NCBI GenBank assembly: GCA_001642005.1
Contig: LWCA01000164.1
Span: 1-45,401 of the forward strand
From: Intoshia linei
Taxonomy: Eukaryota > Animalia > Orthonectida
DNA: 45,401 nt
Direction of reading: 5' to 3'
Every line of letters starts with the position of its first letter. Position 1 is the stretch's first letter. A model generated the notes under the pieces. That model had not been told where the DNA came from, ran no database searches, and saw only the letters and a program-made list of their open reading frames with translations. Both the position numbers and the translations under genes were made by a program. Positions 1 through 14,499 of the stretch are shown here, in pieces.

Positions 1-261
1 ATCTAATGCGCAAAAACTGAAATATCCCTTCATAAAGTAATATTTTATTGTTGAAATTATGTAAACATTGGTAATAAAATTAATTTTGTACTCATATTTC
101 ATGAGTAATAATTTGTTCACAATTGACATATGTACCGCCTTATTTTTGTTTGTATGCAAATAATTTATATTTATCAGTTGATTTTTTTTGCATGCCGGCA
201 AATAATAGTAAATTTATGATTTTACTTTTTTGCATGTATACGTGTTATTGTCTCGTAAGGG
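1..261 (-). mobile_element. End of a piggyBac-like non-autonomous element (second copy of the 28029 element end)
   Basis: 1-261 is the reverse complement of ~28029-28247 apart from one internal indel. It ends in GTCTCGTAAGGG (250-261), the same terminal repeat seen at 28029-28040 and 30990-31001. Confidence 0.75.
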
Positions 262-811
262 TTGTTACAACGAAAGAAAGTTGTTTCGGTAAAAAAAAAA
301 CTGATTGAACTGACTCTGTTAATTTAATTTAAAATTTAATGGCCCCACTGTTTGAGAAATACTGGTTTAATTAATACAACATTTTCGTTGAATTTTACAC
401 GAAACGATTATTCAAAATACCGTCATAATTGTGATCAGGTGCTAGCAAAAGCATAAAACCTGAAATGTAATGAATTAGTCAAACTTTGTGTTTATAGAGA
501 AATTAATTTGATTTAATTAATATTTTCTGCAGTAACGATACTCAATTGAATCAGCCATATTCATAATAAACATATCGAATTGTGTAATCGTTAAAAAAAT
601 GTAAAGATAAAAATATTTATTTTGAACACAATGTGGTGATTGAGGTCGGTTAACTCTCAAAAAAACGATAGATGTTTTGTATTTTAAATAATTTTTAATA
701 GTACAACATATTAATTAATATATCAGATATAAACAGAACTTTATAAATACATAACTGGGTATTATATCGACAACTAAAGACATTGAGTATTTAGCACCTT
801 TGTTTCTCAGA

Positions 812-1012
812 CAAAGCAGAACCTACCGTGCCTCAACCATCCTCCCGAAAATCAAAAATAACATTTAAAAATCGCAAACTATAGGTATTGTCATATAGCC
901 CCTAGTCCCCTCCTCACGACCTAGGCTCTGGGATTGGAATTTTATAATTATGCTCAATTGTGTTAAAATGTATCTTAAAGATTAGTATCTGGTTACGTAA
1001 GGTTCGGCTCTG
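812..1012. mobile_element. Small hAT-like MITE
   Basis: Imperfect TIRs CAAAGCAGAACCT / AGGTTCGGCTCTG. Flanks TTCTCAGA / TTCAGAGA match at 6/8. A related end lies near 3690-3703. Confidence 0.5.
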
Positions 1013-1068
1013 TTCAGAGACGTGTGACACTCTAACTCATGTTGTATACAAGTTAAGTAAAATAATAC

Positions 1069-4000
1069 CCGTTCCTTTAACATGGTGGATATTTGAAACT
1101 GGATCTAAATATTAAAATTTTAATTAAATTCATATTTATCAAACCTGTAAATCCATAAACATCAGAAACTGAAAATTTAATTTTAAAATAAAAACGTTTT
1201 TCCTTGACAGTTTCGTTATATGGCATAATATCATTTGTGTCAAAACGATACAAACTTTGAAAATTTATATTTATTTGATTGCTTGTTGAATATATATGTT
1301 TTCCATTGCTAATTGATTTATCATCTAATATTTTGCCCGTTTCGTCCATTATCTTTATTGCATCAATGTCACTATATAATTTGAATTAACATAGTGTAAA
1401 TTAGCCATTCTCAACGGGGTCCATGAAAATTATCTACATTTATTACATATTATAAACATTTTCACTAACATAAAGGCTCAGAAATACTAATATAAAACGT
1501 ACAAATCATGTAAAAGTAAATTATTTGGTATTAAATTCAATTACTTACAAGTATAAAAACTTATTGGGAAACGTCAATTGTTCTATTTAAGGAGCAGTGG
1601 TTTTATTTAATTATTTTATTAAAATTTATGACCGCGCCAAGTTTCTAGTCATAAAAAAAAGCTTTAAATTTCAAATTGAAAATGAGACAAAAAATCAGTG
1701 AAAATCTATATAATTCATTCCTTCGGAATTTTTTTCATTGCTACGCAATTTTTAAATTTCAAATTTTTATTTTCCAAACATTTTGAACATCTACGGCAAC
1801 GAATTTATAAAAGTTTTTATATAAACTTAATTTAACTAAATTTGAAAATGCTAAAAAGAAAAGTAACATTCACAAGAAAAAAAGTCAAAAGTATGAACAC
1901 ATTTTTAACATCAATCATTTTAATATTACAATCCTTTGCAATAATGGTAAAATTAATTATTCAATTAATTATTGATACACAATTGGTATTTTTAAGTATT
2001 GATTAAATTGGTTCTGAATATATATCATCACATTGAAAATGACAAAATAGGTTTTTATAATTTTATTTTGCTGGAATTTATGCTATCTATGACAATTTTT
2101 AGGATTGTACACATACTTATACACACATTTTGTCTAATAAATTAAAAAAATGGGATAATAATTGTTTTTAAATTCTTTACGCAAATGTTAACAAAAAAAT
2201 TAAGATTGAATAATTTACTTTAAAGTAAAAAGTAATGTGATATGACGGTTCCACCTGAAACAAGTTTAGGAACCACTCCATTAAAGGATTGATAATAGTT
2301 AATAGGATTTTTAAGTTAGATTTTCAACGTCAATTTATTTTTTTGGTATAATAAAAGAGTGCCCTCGGCAGAGCTAGGTGCTGTTAGGCATATATATATA
2401 AATAAGCTATAAGCACCCAAGCTAGTTATAGTATAATTATACACTCATTCTCTCTAATAAATAAAAAAAGTGGGATCACAAACTTCAAAATTATTTTTAA
2501 ATTGTCTACATAAACTCTTTAATTATATAAAAATGAATGGATGTGTGTGTAAGCATTTATTGAAAAAATTGACAGTCGCAGCAGTTAAAAAACATAATTT
2601 CTAATACGGGTTTTCCCAGGGCGTGTTTTTACTCATTTTTCAGTTTTAGAATTTAAGTCCTTCAGGGTCAAAAACCCAAATTTCATAAATACTGTATTTG
2701 TTTCATTGCTACGCAATTTTTGATGCTCAAATTCTCATTTTCAAAACATTTTGTTTAAATTTAAATTAAAACTACAATTACGAATTACTAAAAGTAATAC
2801 AACGTGGTTATTATCATTTTTATATTTATTACAATGCTTTGTAATATTAGTAAAATTCATCTGAAATATGTTTCAAAAGTGCTGATTCCATTAATAAATA
2901 AACAACTATTGATAAATAATTGGTATTTTTAATTAGATATTAAATTGATACAGAATATATATTATCACATTGAAAATGATAAAATAGGTTTTTATAATTT
3001 TATTTTGTTCTGGAATTTATGCTATTTATGACAATTTTTAAATTTCAATTTTCAAGCTAGTGTTAAAATAAAATTAAACGGGAATAATTTATATTAAATT
3101 AAAAAATCATGTGAAATGACCGATCCATGGTGAAACAAGTTTGAGAGCTACTAATTTAGAAGATTTGTAATAGTGAATAGAATTATAGAAGGATTTTTTA
3201 GTAAGATATGATTGAATTTATTTTTTCGGATAATTAAAAAATTCCGATCATAGTAAAATAAATGGTAGAATAAAGTTAAAACCAAAAATTTTTGTCGGAA
3301 ATGCAATTGGAATAACGTGTAATTTTTTTGGTTTAAGCTTTTGTACATATTGTAAATATTGATAATGACTATATTTAAAATGCTTAAAATATTGATAAAC
3401 GTGAAGATAACAATAGAAATATACTTGGAAACATAAAAATTCCGGTTGCTTTAGTTCTAGGCAATCATAAAATGAAAAATTGTCTTAAAAACTTTTTCGC
3501 ATATGAAGCTTTGTGTTTGTTTTTATTTGTATATGGACATCAATCACTTCCTAGGCCTAGCAAGGATCTTAGCTGTACATTTTAAATTTATCTAACAAAA
3601 TAGTTATGACATTCAAGAAAATAAGTTTTGTAAATTGGACATTTAAAAAAATTTCGTCTAGTAGCACCTGAAGAGAGACTTCGAATAAGGTAGGTTCGGT
3701 TCTGGGTAGATTGTATAAATAAATAATTACATTTTCCTTAAATTGATTGATTCAAAGGTAACCTTAATTCTATCTTGGTTTGAACATTTAATACGGTATG
3801 AGCAATTCATATTTTGAGAATAATCCATTGGGTAGTTTGGAGATAAAATGTATCCTTTTTTTGTAAATATACCATCAATATTGTACTGGCATTGGTCATT
3901 ATTAGAGAATAACACAAATTGATTGTTCATTTTTTCTAAATATTTTATTATAATAAATAAATTGTAGCGTCGCTATAAAAAATATTTCATCGTATGACAC

Positions 4001-7000
4001 ACTAAACATAAATACTGTATATTAAACATAAAAGTGTTAATTCGTAATAGTTTAAAGTTGAAAATATTTGATTTGAACACTGTTAACTCAAAATCATCAA
4101 TAAGCCGTTAAATCATAAAGTGTAACATTTGATTTTATGTTATTGTATATAATGAAATGATATGATTACGGACTCTCTGCTGTGTGGGGTCTACACCCAA
4201 TCCAAATATATATTTATTTTAACATTTTTGTATATTCAATCAAAAATAACGGACTGTTATTTATAAAATGGTACATAAGTAATTACCTTGAACATTTAGA
4301 AACGTATATACAATTTTGAATTTGCTATTGTGTTGATAATGTACTATTAATGCTATTTGGCTTGATCGTGATATATACTTCTGAGAATTCATTGTATTGG
4401 AGTTTAGTACACCACAGTACCTTTTTGATGATCTTTTTCTGAATAATTGTTCAACAATATAAGAGTCATTAGATAAATTTTGATATATTTCAATATAATT
4501 TTGTCTGCACCTTTAATAATATAATTATATTATCAATTTTTTTAAATACATGCATAGCACATTCATTCAAGTCAGATCGTTCATGTATAGTTATCAAAAG
4601 ATCAGTAATGTCAATAGTACAGGGTCTTGTCATGTTATGGTGTATTTTGGTTGAACTGAAAATTTTATAATGATCACTCATAGTAAATAGATATGGTCTA
4701 TTCCATCAACTTAATATATGATATAGCTATAGATCTAACTAATTTTATTTACTTTTTAATATATCCTACATCTTAGCATACATTTTTTTTAGGATCTAAT
4801 GATGAGAGTTCTATCGAAAACTTGCTGGATTTATTCAAATTTTATTTAAAAGAGTAAAGTGGACGTAGAGCTACGTCACGTATCACTTCATATGGATCGA
4901 AAATTTTGCTTCATAATCAAATATTTTTTAGTCTACATCAGAAATTTTAGACTGATGAAGAATCTCTGACCAATCATAACATTAATTATTAAAATTTATC
5001 AATACTTTATATTAATACTAATTGTTGGTCATTTTCTATGAATTAAAATTACAGATGATTCGTTGAATTGTTTTGCAAATTATAATACATAAATTCTAGA
5101 TGGATTCTGTGCGAGACTTTACCGGAAATAAAAAAGAAACAAATTGAAGAATTTTTCATATTTTTCTCGGTAATAATTCCTTGGTTTTTTTTGTTTTGGT
5201 TGTAAATTTCTATTTTGCATACTAAATTTTTTAAATAAAATATGTACATTTCGAATATATAATGTACATTGGGCTGTAATTACTCGGGTGTCAAGCGTGT
5301 CAATGATAATTAGTGCGTACAGAACATAAGTGTAAGGGATTTTGGAATGATCGATATTGAAAAAATTAAAATAAAATTGTAAAGAAAATTCTTGGTTTTG
5401 TCTGAAATTGCCAAATGATTGAAACTCTGAACGGACGGTAACATATACATTAGGGTGTTAACCTAGTTAACGACAAAAAAAGTATTTTTGCCATATGCAT
5501 TCATTTTGTATTCTCTACAAGATTGGTATATCTTCATATTCAAACAAAGTCAGCTTTAAATGTATATTAATTGATTCGACTGCAATATTGCAACATTTAC
5601 CTTTATTTTATTCTCGAAAATTAAGAGACATGAAACTGTCAAATTATGCTTAACTAAAATTAATTGCAGAATACAATTGGAAAATATGTTGCGACTTAAA
5701 AGTTGTCAGGTATTTGACAGGGATGCAAAGTGGTTACAAAAAATATCCATGTTTCATGTCTTTTTGATTCACGTAAAAGAGATGAACATTATATTAAAAA
5801 AAATTGGAATATTAGAAGTATTGACCCTGGTTTTAAGGAAAAGCTTATTAACAAATAAAATATTTATATGCAACTGTAAATTAATTAAAAAAATAAGCGA
5901 TTCAAGAGTCTTGTAATGGAATTATATTTCTGAGTTTGAAAGTTCATTTAGATAGCGAAAAAGACGTTAAGATCAAAATTAGGGATCAGTACTTTTTAGG
6001 ACCCCATTTCCATTTTTTATAAAACTTCTATATTTGCAGTAAGATTTTCATATTTTTAACTTTGGTATCGTAAATTACAGTTAATTTTACCTTAGAAAAA
6101 TTCTTTATATTTTAAAATTTATATTAGGATTAGTGTAATTAAGGCACTGATAAAAATAATGAAATTATTAGTTTGTATGAAAACAACCCTAGAATTTCAA
6201 AAAATTTACAAGTTTTACAGTTGTATCTTGTTAACACACACAGAAAATTTCAATCCGAATAAGTGACGCCTTCATGGTCAAAAAAGTGTTTTAGTATTCA
6301 TATATTTTATTAAAACAAAAAATCTGAAATAATTAACTGTCCGAAAATTAAAAAAACATTAATCTGATAGAGCTTATTCCAGTTGATATATTTACAAAAG
6401 TTCAACTCGAGAAATCTACGTATTCCCGATGAAAAATAATTTTTAATATATTATTAAGCAATATTTTTCAAATAGTTCGATTAAAATAAAAATTGAAAAT
6501 GTAAATATTGATCCTACAATTTCAAAAAAAAGTGCCATTGGCAGAGCTAGGTCCTGTTTGTACGTAGTACATAAGAGTCAACCTAGTAAAAATATAAAAA
6601 AAAATTTAATTTAAAAGTAGATAGGGTAGCATAGAGAGGAGGAAAGGACATTTATTGTATTTTAAACATAATGTTTCAAATTGAAGTTGTTAGTTTTTAA
6701 ATTGATCCATCTTGTTCCTTCTAATGGTATGCGACAATAATTAATATACATTAAAATTTGAAACTCTAATACTAATTTTCAGATAGGTCTCATTTATTGA
6801 ACATTTTTCATAAACCTTATAATTATTTTAAAATAATACAGATAAGTTTCATATATCTTCTCAAAAACTTAATTTAATTTCAAATTAAATGAGATTATGG
6901 CATTTTATTAATATTAAAAAACAACATACATGTATCCTTCATTAGACTATTGATCTATTTAATGCATGGCTAAAGGATATAAAATTTAATGTAATCTGCA

Positions 7001-7691
7001 TGTGACTACATGTATATTATTATTTGATTATTGCGGAATGCAAATAAGGTAATTTAAACATAAAAAAAATTAAATAAATTTAGAATAAATTAATTATTAT
7101 AAATGGTGATTAGTCCGGTAATTATGAGACAGAGTAGTACTCTGTGAATGTTGTCTTCTTTTATTAAAGTCTATTAGACGAAAAGTTTTTTCATTTAATC
7201 CAAGTTTCTAATTATATCCTATTATACATTTACCAAGACAAGAACACAAAGAATAGGGGACAACTGTTTTTTTTGAGAGGGTTAAAGTTTCATACCTTGT
7301 AATATCAGTTGAAAATTGTAATTTGAGTTACTCTTAGTCAACAAACCCTAATAAATAGCATTAACGATTCTCAGAAAACAAATAATAAATATATAGATTC
7401 CTCTGAAAGTCACCATGACTATTCAATAAAACGTTTATTTCTATTTCTACTTTGAACTGTATATTTTTATATAACATGAAAATGTTGTTAATATCACATA
7501 AATGTACGCGTACATGTTCTGAACCTTACTAAAAATTGAAAATACAAATACAAATTAATAATTCACACCAAACAATTTAAATTATACATTTAACCTATTT
7601 TATGTGTAATATCTATATTGATATAATTAAAATTACCTTGCAGGAAAGAAATGTTGAAAAAAATGACACAAAGCAAAAAGAAAGGTTTCAT
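1069..7691 (-). CDS. Secreted CUB-domain protein (signal peptide plus at least 2 CUB domains), spliced; 3' end uncertain
   Basis: Phase-consistent GT-AG exons: 7691-7637 (MKPFFLLCVIFFNISFLQ, signal peptide), 5221-5053 (CKIEIYNQ...GII...CFFFISG...RIHLEF), 4510-4287 (CRQNYIEIY...RYCG...YISRSSQI...FKIVYTF), 3935-3731 (CQYNIDG...GYILSPNYPMDYSQNMNCSYRI...RIKVTFESINL), 1371-1145, and a probable small exon ~1104-1069. SPNYP-Y, C-Y-I, I-V-F and YCG are CUB hallmarks. Confidence 0.85.
1600..2426 (+). mobile_element. Helitron-like repeat family copy (3' part)
   Basis: Shares long blocks with 8594-9020, 15347-16020 and 19959-20300, and ends in GTGCCCTCGGCAGAGCTAGGTGCTG...CTAG. Confidence 0.6.
6175..6586 (+). 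mobile_element. Helitron-like repeat copy ending in hairpin + CTAG
   Basis: 3' end ...GAGCTAGGTCCTGTTTGTACGTAGTACATAAGAGTCAACCTAG|T. The internal block is shared with 9800-9960, 10410-10790 and 44780-45000. Confidence 0.7.
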
Positions 7692-8593
7692 ATTACAATA
7701 AATAAAAACCAAAACATGAAGAGAGAATAATATATTATTGATAAAATAAAGAGCTTACTCCAAAGGTGATATTAAAACACATTTGATTTAATTATGTGTA
7801 CAGGATGTACTTAATTTGTATTGTAACACAAGTCGTAAGAAATGCCATACAAGAGACATAATCCGGGATTTAATTAATCTCATTAATTGAAATGGAAAAA
7901 AAATTAGTTTATTAGGCAAAAAATGTACAATAATAATAAAATTGTCATTTCATTTAATTACAATTTGTAAATTTGATTGTATCTGTCAAATAGATAGTAT
8001 AAAAGTATACCTCATTATAGTTTAAAATTATGAAATTTTACATCTTAATACACATTAGACTTTTTGAAAAAGCCAATAAACAATCTCAATAATATATTTT
8101 TCAGTAGTTCGTGAAGAAGGAAATTAGATGAATTTATCCAGTTTAAATTCGATTTATATCGGAAATTTCATTAAAATGATAAATTATTGATTTTATGTAC
8201 AAATTATATTTTAATCAAATATATTATATGTGAAGCTAGATTTATGTTGTTTTAATATTTAAATTTATTCAAGAATAAATGGGTGCGTATTATTTCTAAT
8301 GTAAGATAAGGCAAATAGCAATACTTCAATTATTATTGTAAACTAAATATTTTTCAATTTATTCTTTTTATTTTATTTTACTGCGCTGATTCCATAGATT
8401 AGCGGAGCTTCCCAGCATTTTATTAATATTTGTTGATAATATATCTATAGTATGATTATAATATTTTTTGTACATTGATATTTTATTTAAATTATTATTA
8501 TTATCACAAACATTAATAATTACACTGTTCAACACTGAAAAATCCTCCTTAATAAAAAATAGTATAAAATATACTATAAATGATTATAAAGTA

Positions 8594-9020
8594 GTAGGTT
8601 GACTGTTATGTACTACGTACAAAGAGCACCTAGCTCTGCCGAGGGCACATTTTTTTATATCAAAAAATTAAATTCATGTTGAAAATCTAACTTAAAAATC
8701 CTACTATTCACTATTATCAATGCTTTAAAGGAGTGGTTCTCAAAGTTATTTCAGGTGGAACGGTCACATTACTTTTTACTTTAAAGTGAATTATTCCATC
8801 TTAATTTTGTTTTAACATTTGCGTAAAGAATTTTAAAAACAACTGTTATCCCATTTTTGTAATTTATTAGACTGAATTTGTGTATAATATTAAAAATAAA
8901 GTATTAAACAGTCCAATCCTAAAAATTGCCATAAATATCATAAATTCCAGAAAAAATAAAATAAAAACCTATTTTGTCATTTTCAATGTAATGATATATA
9001 TTCAGTACCAATTTAAAATC
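8594..9020 (-). mobile_element. Helitron-like repeat copy (3' part)
   Basis: Starts GTAGGTTGACTGTTATGTACTACGTACAAAGAGCACCTAGCTCTGCCGAGGGCAC, the reverse complement of the family 3' terminus, and is co-linear with 15347 onward. Confidence 0.7.
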
Positions 9021-9539
9021 CTATTATAAACACAGAATTGCATTTTTGTAATTCACACCCAGATACATTTTCAAATCAGAGTAAATTCCTTAAACTTAAA
9101 CTGAATATTTTTGGACACTCTCAAATAGATAAATATTGCCATTCCTTTTAATTCTATTATTTTATCTTATAAATTATAATAAATGTATGATTGAAAATGT
9201 AAACAATTTAATTGTTATTTTAAATAATAATTTCTGTAAAATAAACTTTTATTTTAAAAATATATCCATGATAGCAATTTTAAGCAAGTAATTTTCAGAT
9301 AATTAATTAATGATCAACCTCACTTTCATAATAAAATTTGGGAGAAAGTTATTAAAAATTTCAAAAATGATGTTATGTGTTATTGATAATATAATAATAT
9401 CATTATCCCTAGAACTACCAGAGGTGGTAATTTTAACCACCTAATTTTATCTATAAAAACCAAACATAATTTAGTAAAAATTAATTAAAAATATGGCATG
9501 TAAATTTTATTATAAATACGCCTATTTGTAAAAATTATA

Positions 9540-11115
9540 TCTTTACTTATATATGCTACGGAATTTTTGTTTGTGTGTGTGTTCCACTTTATTTAAATAA
9601 CCACCCGTCCGAGAATGATATAAAGTTAAAATTTCAATTACAGTTTTTTCCGGGGTGTTAGCAAAATAAATGTCAACCTCCCAAACTCACATCTTACAGG
9701 TCAAAAACCCTAATTGTTTTTTTTTGAAAATCAAACGTGTTGGAAAATTTAAAAAAATTATATCTTCAGGGCCAAAACCACAAATTACCCGTCTTTTTTA
9801 ATGAAAACAGCCCTAGAATTTCAAAAAATTTACAGGTTGTACAAGTTGTATTGTATTTGTACAATTTACAGTTGTATCTTGTTAACACACACAGAAAATT
9901 TCAATCCGAATAAGTGACGACTTCACGGTAAAAAAAGCATTTAATTCATATTTTATTAACATAAAACAAAAAATCATAAGTATTAAACATCATTTTTTCA
10001 ATATTTATATGCGTTATGCTATTATCTCCAAACAAAGTATATCATGACATCAACTTGCCCTAGTTGTCAATTTAAATTCATAATTTTGTAGAATTTTTCA
10101 AAGTAACTATATTGTAGATAAATCGATTGAGCACGCATATAATAAATTACCGCCTGAACAAAATAAACTAGTCGATAATTTAATAAGTATATAATTGTGA
10201 TAATTATAGTTCCCAAAATAATAATAAATATTGATACTAATGCTATAATTTGATGAAATCGTTCGAAATAGAGACAAAAGATTAAATAAAAGATTGCAAT
10301 GTGCTAAATAATAAATATAATTCTTATAAAATTGATTGTACACTGTAAAATGTACCGTCAACCCATTATATAAACCTCGATGATAGAAACCCTGTGATGG
10401 GTTATAAATGCACATTTTTTTTGAAATTGTAGGATCAATATTTACATTTACAATTTTTATTTTAATCGAAATATTTGAAAATATTAGTTGATAATATATT
10501 AAAAATTATTTTTAACCGGGAATGCGTGGATTTTTGGGGTTGAAATTTTGTATTTATATCAACTGGAATAAGCTCTATCAGACTAATCTTTTTTTTAATT
10601 TTCACACCGTTAATTATTTCACATTTTTTGTTTTAATAAAATATTTTGAAAAAAAAATATATGAATACTAAAATGCTAATTTGACCGTGAAATCGTCACT
10701 TATTCAGATTAAAATTTTTATATGTGTTAATAGGATACAACTGTAACACCTGTAAATTTTTTTAAATTCTAGGGCTGTTTTCATTAAAAAAAAGGGTAAT
10801 TTTGGGTTTTGGTCCTAAAGATATATTGTTTTTAAATTTAAGTTTTGATAATGTTTATGATTTTAAAATCCGTATCAGCGTATATATTTTTTTAAATTCT
10901 CGAACTCGTTTGATTTTCAAAAAGAGGGACAACTGGGGTTTTTGACCCATAAGATGTGGAATTGGGAGGTTGAAATTTATTTATTATATGCCCCGAAAAA
11001 AACTGTAATTGAAATGTGGACTTTATAAAATTCTAAGACGGGTAGTTATTTAAATAAAACGTAACACAGGTACACAAACAAACAAATATTGCGTATCATA
11101 TTATATAAGTAAGGA
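9540..11115. mobile_element. Two Helitron-like 5' halves in inverted orientation around a unique spacer
   Basis: A|TCTTTACTTATATA...TGTGTGTGT starts at 9540 on +, and the reverse end TATATAAGTAAGGA lies at ~11102-11115. Arms ~9540-9970 and ~10630-11115 are imperfect reverse complements. Confidence 0.65.
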
Positions 11116-11640
11116 AAATGTATTATAAATAATATAAAATATTAATTTGCTAAATTATAAAGAACCAAATTAAATTTAAGTTTGCAGATTTAAATAATAC
11201 CAATTTGAGCAAATTAAAAACAAAAGATTGATTGTTGGAAATGTATTTATATATAATTATGAAAAATGCAGTTGCAATAGAATATGAATCTTGATTTTTT
11301 ATAATGATTAGTTTATATTTTGATCAGATTGCTAGTGCAAATTTTAATTTCATTAATAAAAATAATAAATAAAAATATATAACTGTCACATGTATCAAAT
11401 TTACTACAAATGTATATAAATTACATTGCACAGATATATTAATGTACCGTATAAAGTTGCCACTTTATAAACATGTATGAACTTTTATTATAATTTTTGA
11501 TAATATTATTCATCTTTTTGAGAAATGCTACTCTAAGATCGATAAGATGAGTAATTGGCGCACGTTCGTGATATAAATTTATATTCCATGATATCAAAAA
11601 CAACAAGTGTTTTTTTATAAAAATTTCCTTTCCTTTAGTG

Positions 11641-11983
11641 CAGGGTTTCTCAACCTTTTTTAAATTTAGCAACCCCGTTAGCCAGATCAATTATTTCTAG
11701 CACACCTGCAAAAATAAAAAAGGATACCTTAAAATTCAACTTAAAAATCATATTTTATTGAGATTTAAAAAAATCACCCTATCGAACATAATCAATAAAT
11801 AAACATAGAATGAGCTGTATTTGATAAGATTTAAATTATATATGATGTTAATTAAACTAATGGTAATAAAATACGTTTAATTAGATTTTTTTATTAACAT
11901 TTTTTATTTAAATTATAAAAAATAAGAATATATTTTCCAGCACCCCTTAAATTAATTCTAGTACCCCCGGTTAAGAAACCCTG
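11641..11983. mobile_element. hAT-type MITE
   Basis: TIRs CAGGGTTTCTCAACC / GGTTAAGAAACCCTG, with an exact 8-bp TSD CTTTAGTG on both sides. Confidence 0.9.
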
Positions 11984-12951
11984 CTTTAGTGTAAGTGTAA
12001 TTGGTGCTTTTGATGGTGTAAATACACTATTTTGATGTTGAGATTTAGTATAATGCTTATGATTTTAAAAACTATCCCAGAATTTATTTATTTTTTTAAT
12101 TTTAGGGTTGATTTTATTTTTCAAAAAAAGACGATCTTGGTTTTTGACCCTAAAGGACTCCATTTCAGAAATTTAAGATTAGATATGAACATTACCCGTA
12201 AAAAACTATACTCGAAATTGGGTTTTTTAAATTCTACGAATTTTAATTTTTTAAATAAACGGTAACAAACACACAGAAATACGTAGACATTCAATTTTAT
12301 GTAAGTAAACTCTACTTATTTTACTTGGTGGAGGAGATTGTACTTGAATATTACGCAATTCAATTAGAGAAAATAAGGATTTTTGCTATGATATTTAATT
12401 TTTAAATCCGTAACTTATATACATGTAGAATTGAATGTACAATGTACATTTTGATGTTTCTTACTGTTTATAAACACAATTTATAATACAGTTTTTAAAG
12501 AGTGGTTTTTGCCATGAATAACTTAATTTGGGTAAAATAAAATTTGCGATAAACCTCACTCTCGAAACTCTTTATAAAAAACTAGTGTTTTTCAAAATCT
12601 CGCGCCTTCTACTTTGTTAAATAAATGGTTACAAACAATAATACGGACATAAATTCTTAACCGGTGCGTCCCACTATCATCAGATTTTTTTGTTTTTCTT
12701 AAATTTGCTACCTTATCAATAAGCACTAACAAATAAAAAATTTTATTCGCCAAAATTTTTTAATTGCTTCAATGTGAGCCCAGTCGAAAAAAGATTTAGA
12801 AACTCCGATTTAAAGTACTGTCTGTATAGTTTTTCAGAAAGCAAAACCACGAAAGTATACCTAGGATGTAATATATAGCGAATATCTGTCTAATCATTAA
12901 ATTGGAATAATAAGTAAAAATTTATTTAAAATTCAACAAGTAAACTGAAAT

Positions 12952-13859
12952 TTAACTTTCCCTGCTAAATGGATTCATAGAATTGCCAATAATAGATAAA
13001 ATATAAAATAAAAATTCGTATGCCATCATACTCTACATATAAATTATATATAATAATATTAATATATATAAAGATACATATAAATATAAGTGTAAATAAA
13101 AATTATGTATATTATAATTTCAATGCATACTATTCCCATTGCGTATAGAATCAAAATTGGTCTGCATTTTCCATTATTTCTTTTAAAGTTGTCCTATTTG
13201 AAAAATTTTTGCGAATGCAGTAAATATTTAAAATATTTTAATAACCAACAAACACTTACGTCATAAAACCAGTACATTTCATAATAATTATTTATCAAGA
13301 ATCCAAGATTGAGTAAAAAAATAAAAGTTATGAGTGTATAAACGATTTCTTGCTAAATATAAATACTTATAATTACATTGTAGATTATAATCTAATTATA
13401 ATTATACAACGTTAACCAAGGCCGATAAAGAAAATAATTTAACTAAAAATCATTTCACTGTTTTTTCTTTTATCGTAGTCGGATAACAATTATAAGAGTG
13501 TATCACATTTTAGTTACCTTGCGCTAAAATTAAACGCACTTGAATATAAAAATATCCATATTTTAGACAGGATAACTCACACTATCCATTTTAATAAATT
13601 GAAAGTCTGATGAATTAAATATTAATGTATTGTAAATTTTGATGTTGGATCAAATTGCAACGTTGTAGTTTAATAATTATCTAAAGCATAATGATAATGT
13701 TACCAAATAAACGAAATTATGAAATTTCAATACATATAATATCATAATAATAATTGTGCATATAATTATAAAAATTATAGATGCCACTGAAACATATTGT
13801 GTGTATAAAGTTAAATTTTGAATCCAATAAGATTTAAAGAAATATGTAAATCCAAATAC
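12952..13859 (-). CDS. Probable multi-exon hydrophobic (multi-pass membrane) protein, 3' portion; family not recognised
   Basis: Clean phase-0 exons 13352-13260 (QEIVYTLITFIFLLNLGFLINNYYEMYWFYD|gtaagt), 13193-13131 (DNFKRNNGKCRPILILYAMGI) and 13032-12952 (SMMAYEFLFIFLSIIGNSMNPFSRES*). An upstream exon starts at 13859 (VFGFTYFFKSYWIQNLTLYTQYVSVASIIFIIICTIIYDII). The intermediate exons and the start codon are ambiguous. Confidence 0.5.
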
Positions 13860-14499
13860 CTAAATTATGATACCTTACATTTTTAAATTTATAAATTTTA
13901 TGTACCAATTTTAGTGTATTTAAGATAAAGGACTGGTTTTTTAATATGTAATTTGACATTTTTAATTTATTATTTGCAATTACATGAACATGAAATATTT
14001 TTTTATTAAAACTAAATAGTTATTTTGCATTAGTATTTATCATTTACTTATAAAATAAATCAAATAATATTTTCGTTATTAATTAAATTAAAAGATTTAT
14101 CAAGATTTGTATCAAACTCATAAATGATAAGATGAATTTATTATTATGTACATGTAGTAATAATTAAAATTTAAACAATAAATTTCAATATTCAAATAAT
14201 ATATTGGTTTGATTTTTCTTTACCTTATACTGGAGAGGTTGAAAAGATATGATATAATAATATCAAAATTAAAACTTAGCTATGGTCACAAAATATCGGC
14301 AGGTTTGGTGCAATAGTTATATAGTTACTATATTACCTTTATGGTCTCATTTTTTATTAACATTGTAAAATACTATTAATATTAAAATCACAATAATCTT
14401 TTTTTAATTTTAGTATCCTTAATTAGCACAACCTACCGGACTCGAGAACAGGGCATTTTTCTAAATTTAAACTATAAGTCAGACTCTCGAAGAGGTAGT

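Noticed and set aside
123-308. Short ORFs in repeats (also 3151, 11439, 12032, 16028, 28089, 33315, 33322)
   Set aside because: They lie within transposon-derived AT-rich sequence and show F/L/I/K/N compositional bias only.
10093-10413. Spacer as a Helitron PIF1 helicase fragment
   Set aside because: There is only a vague resemblance and no Walker A or other helicase motif is visible.
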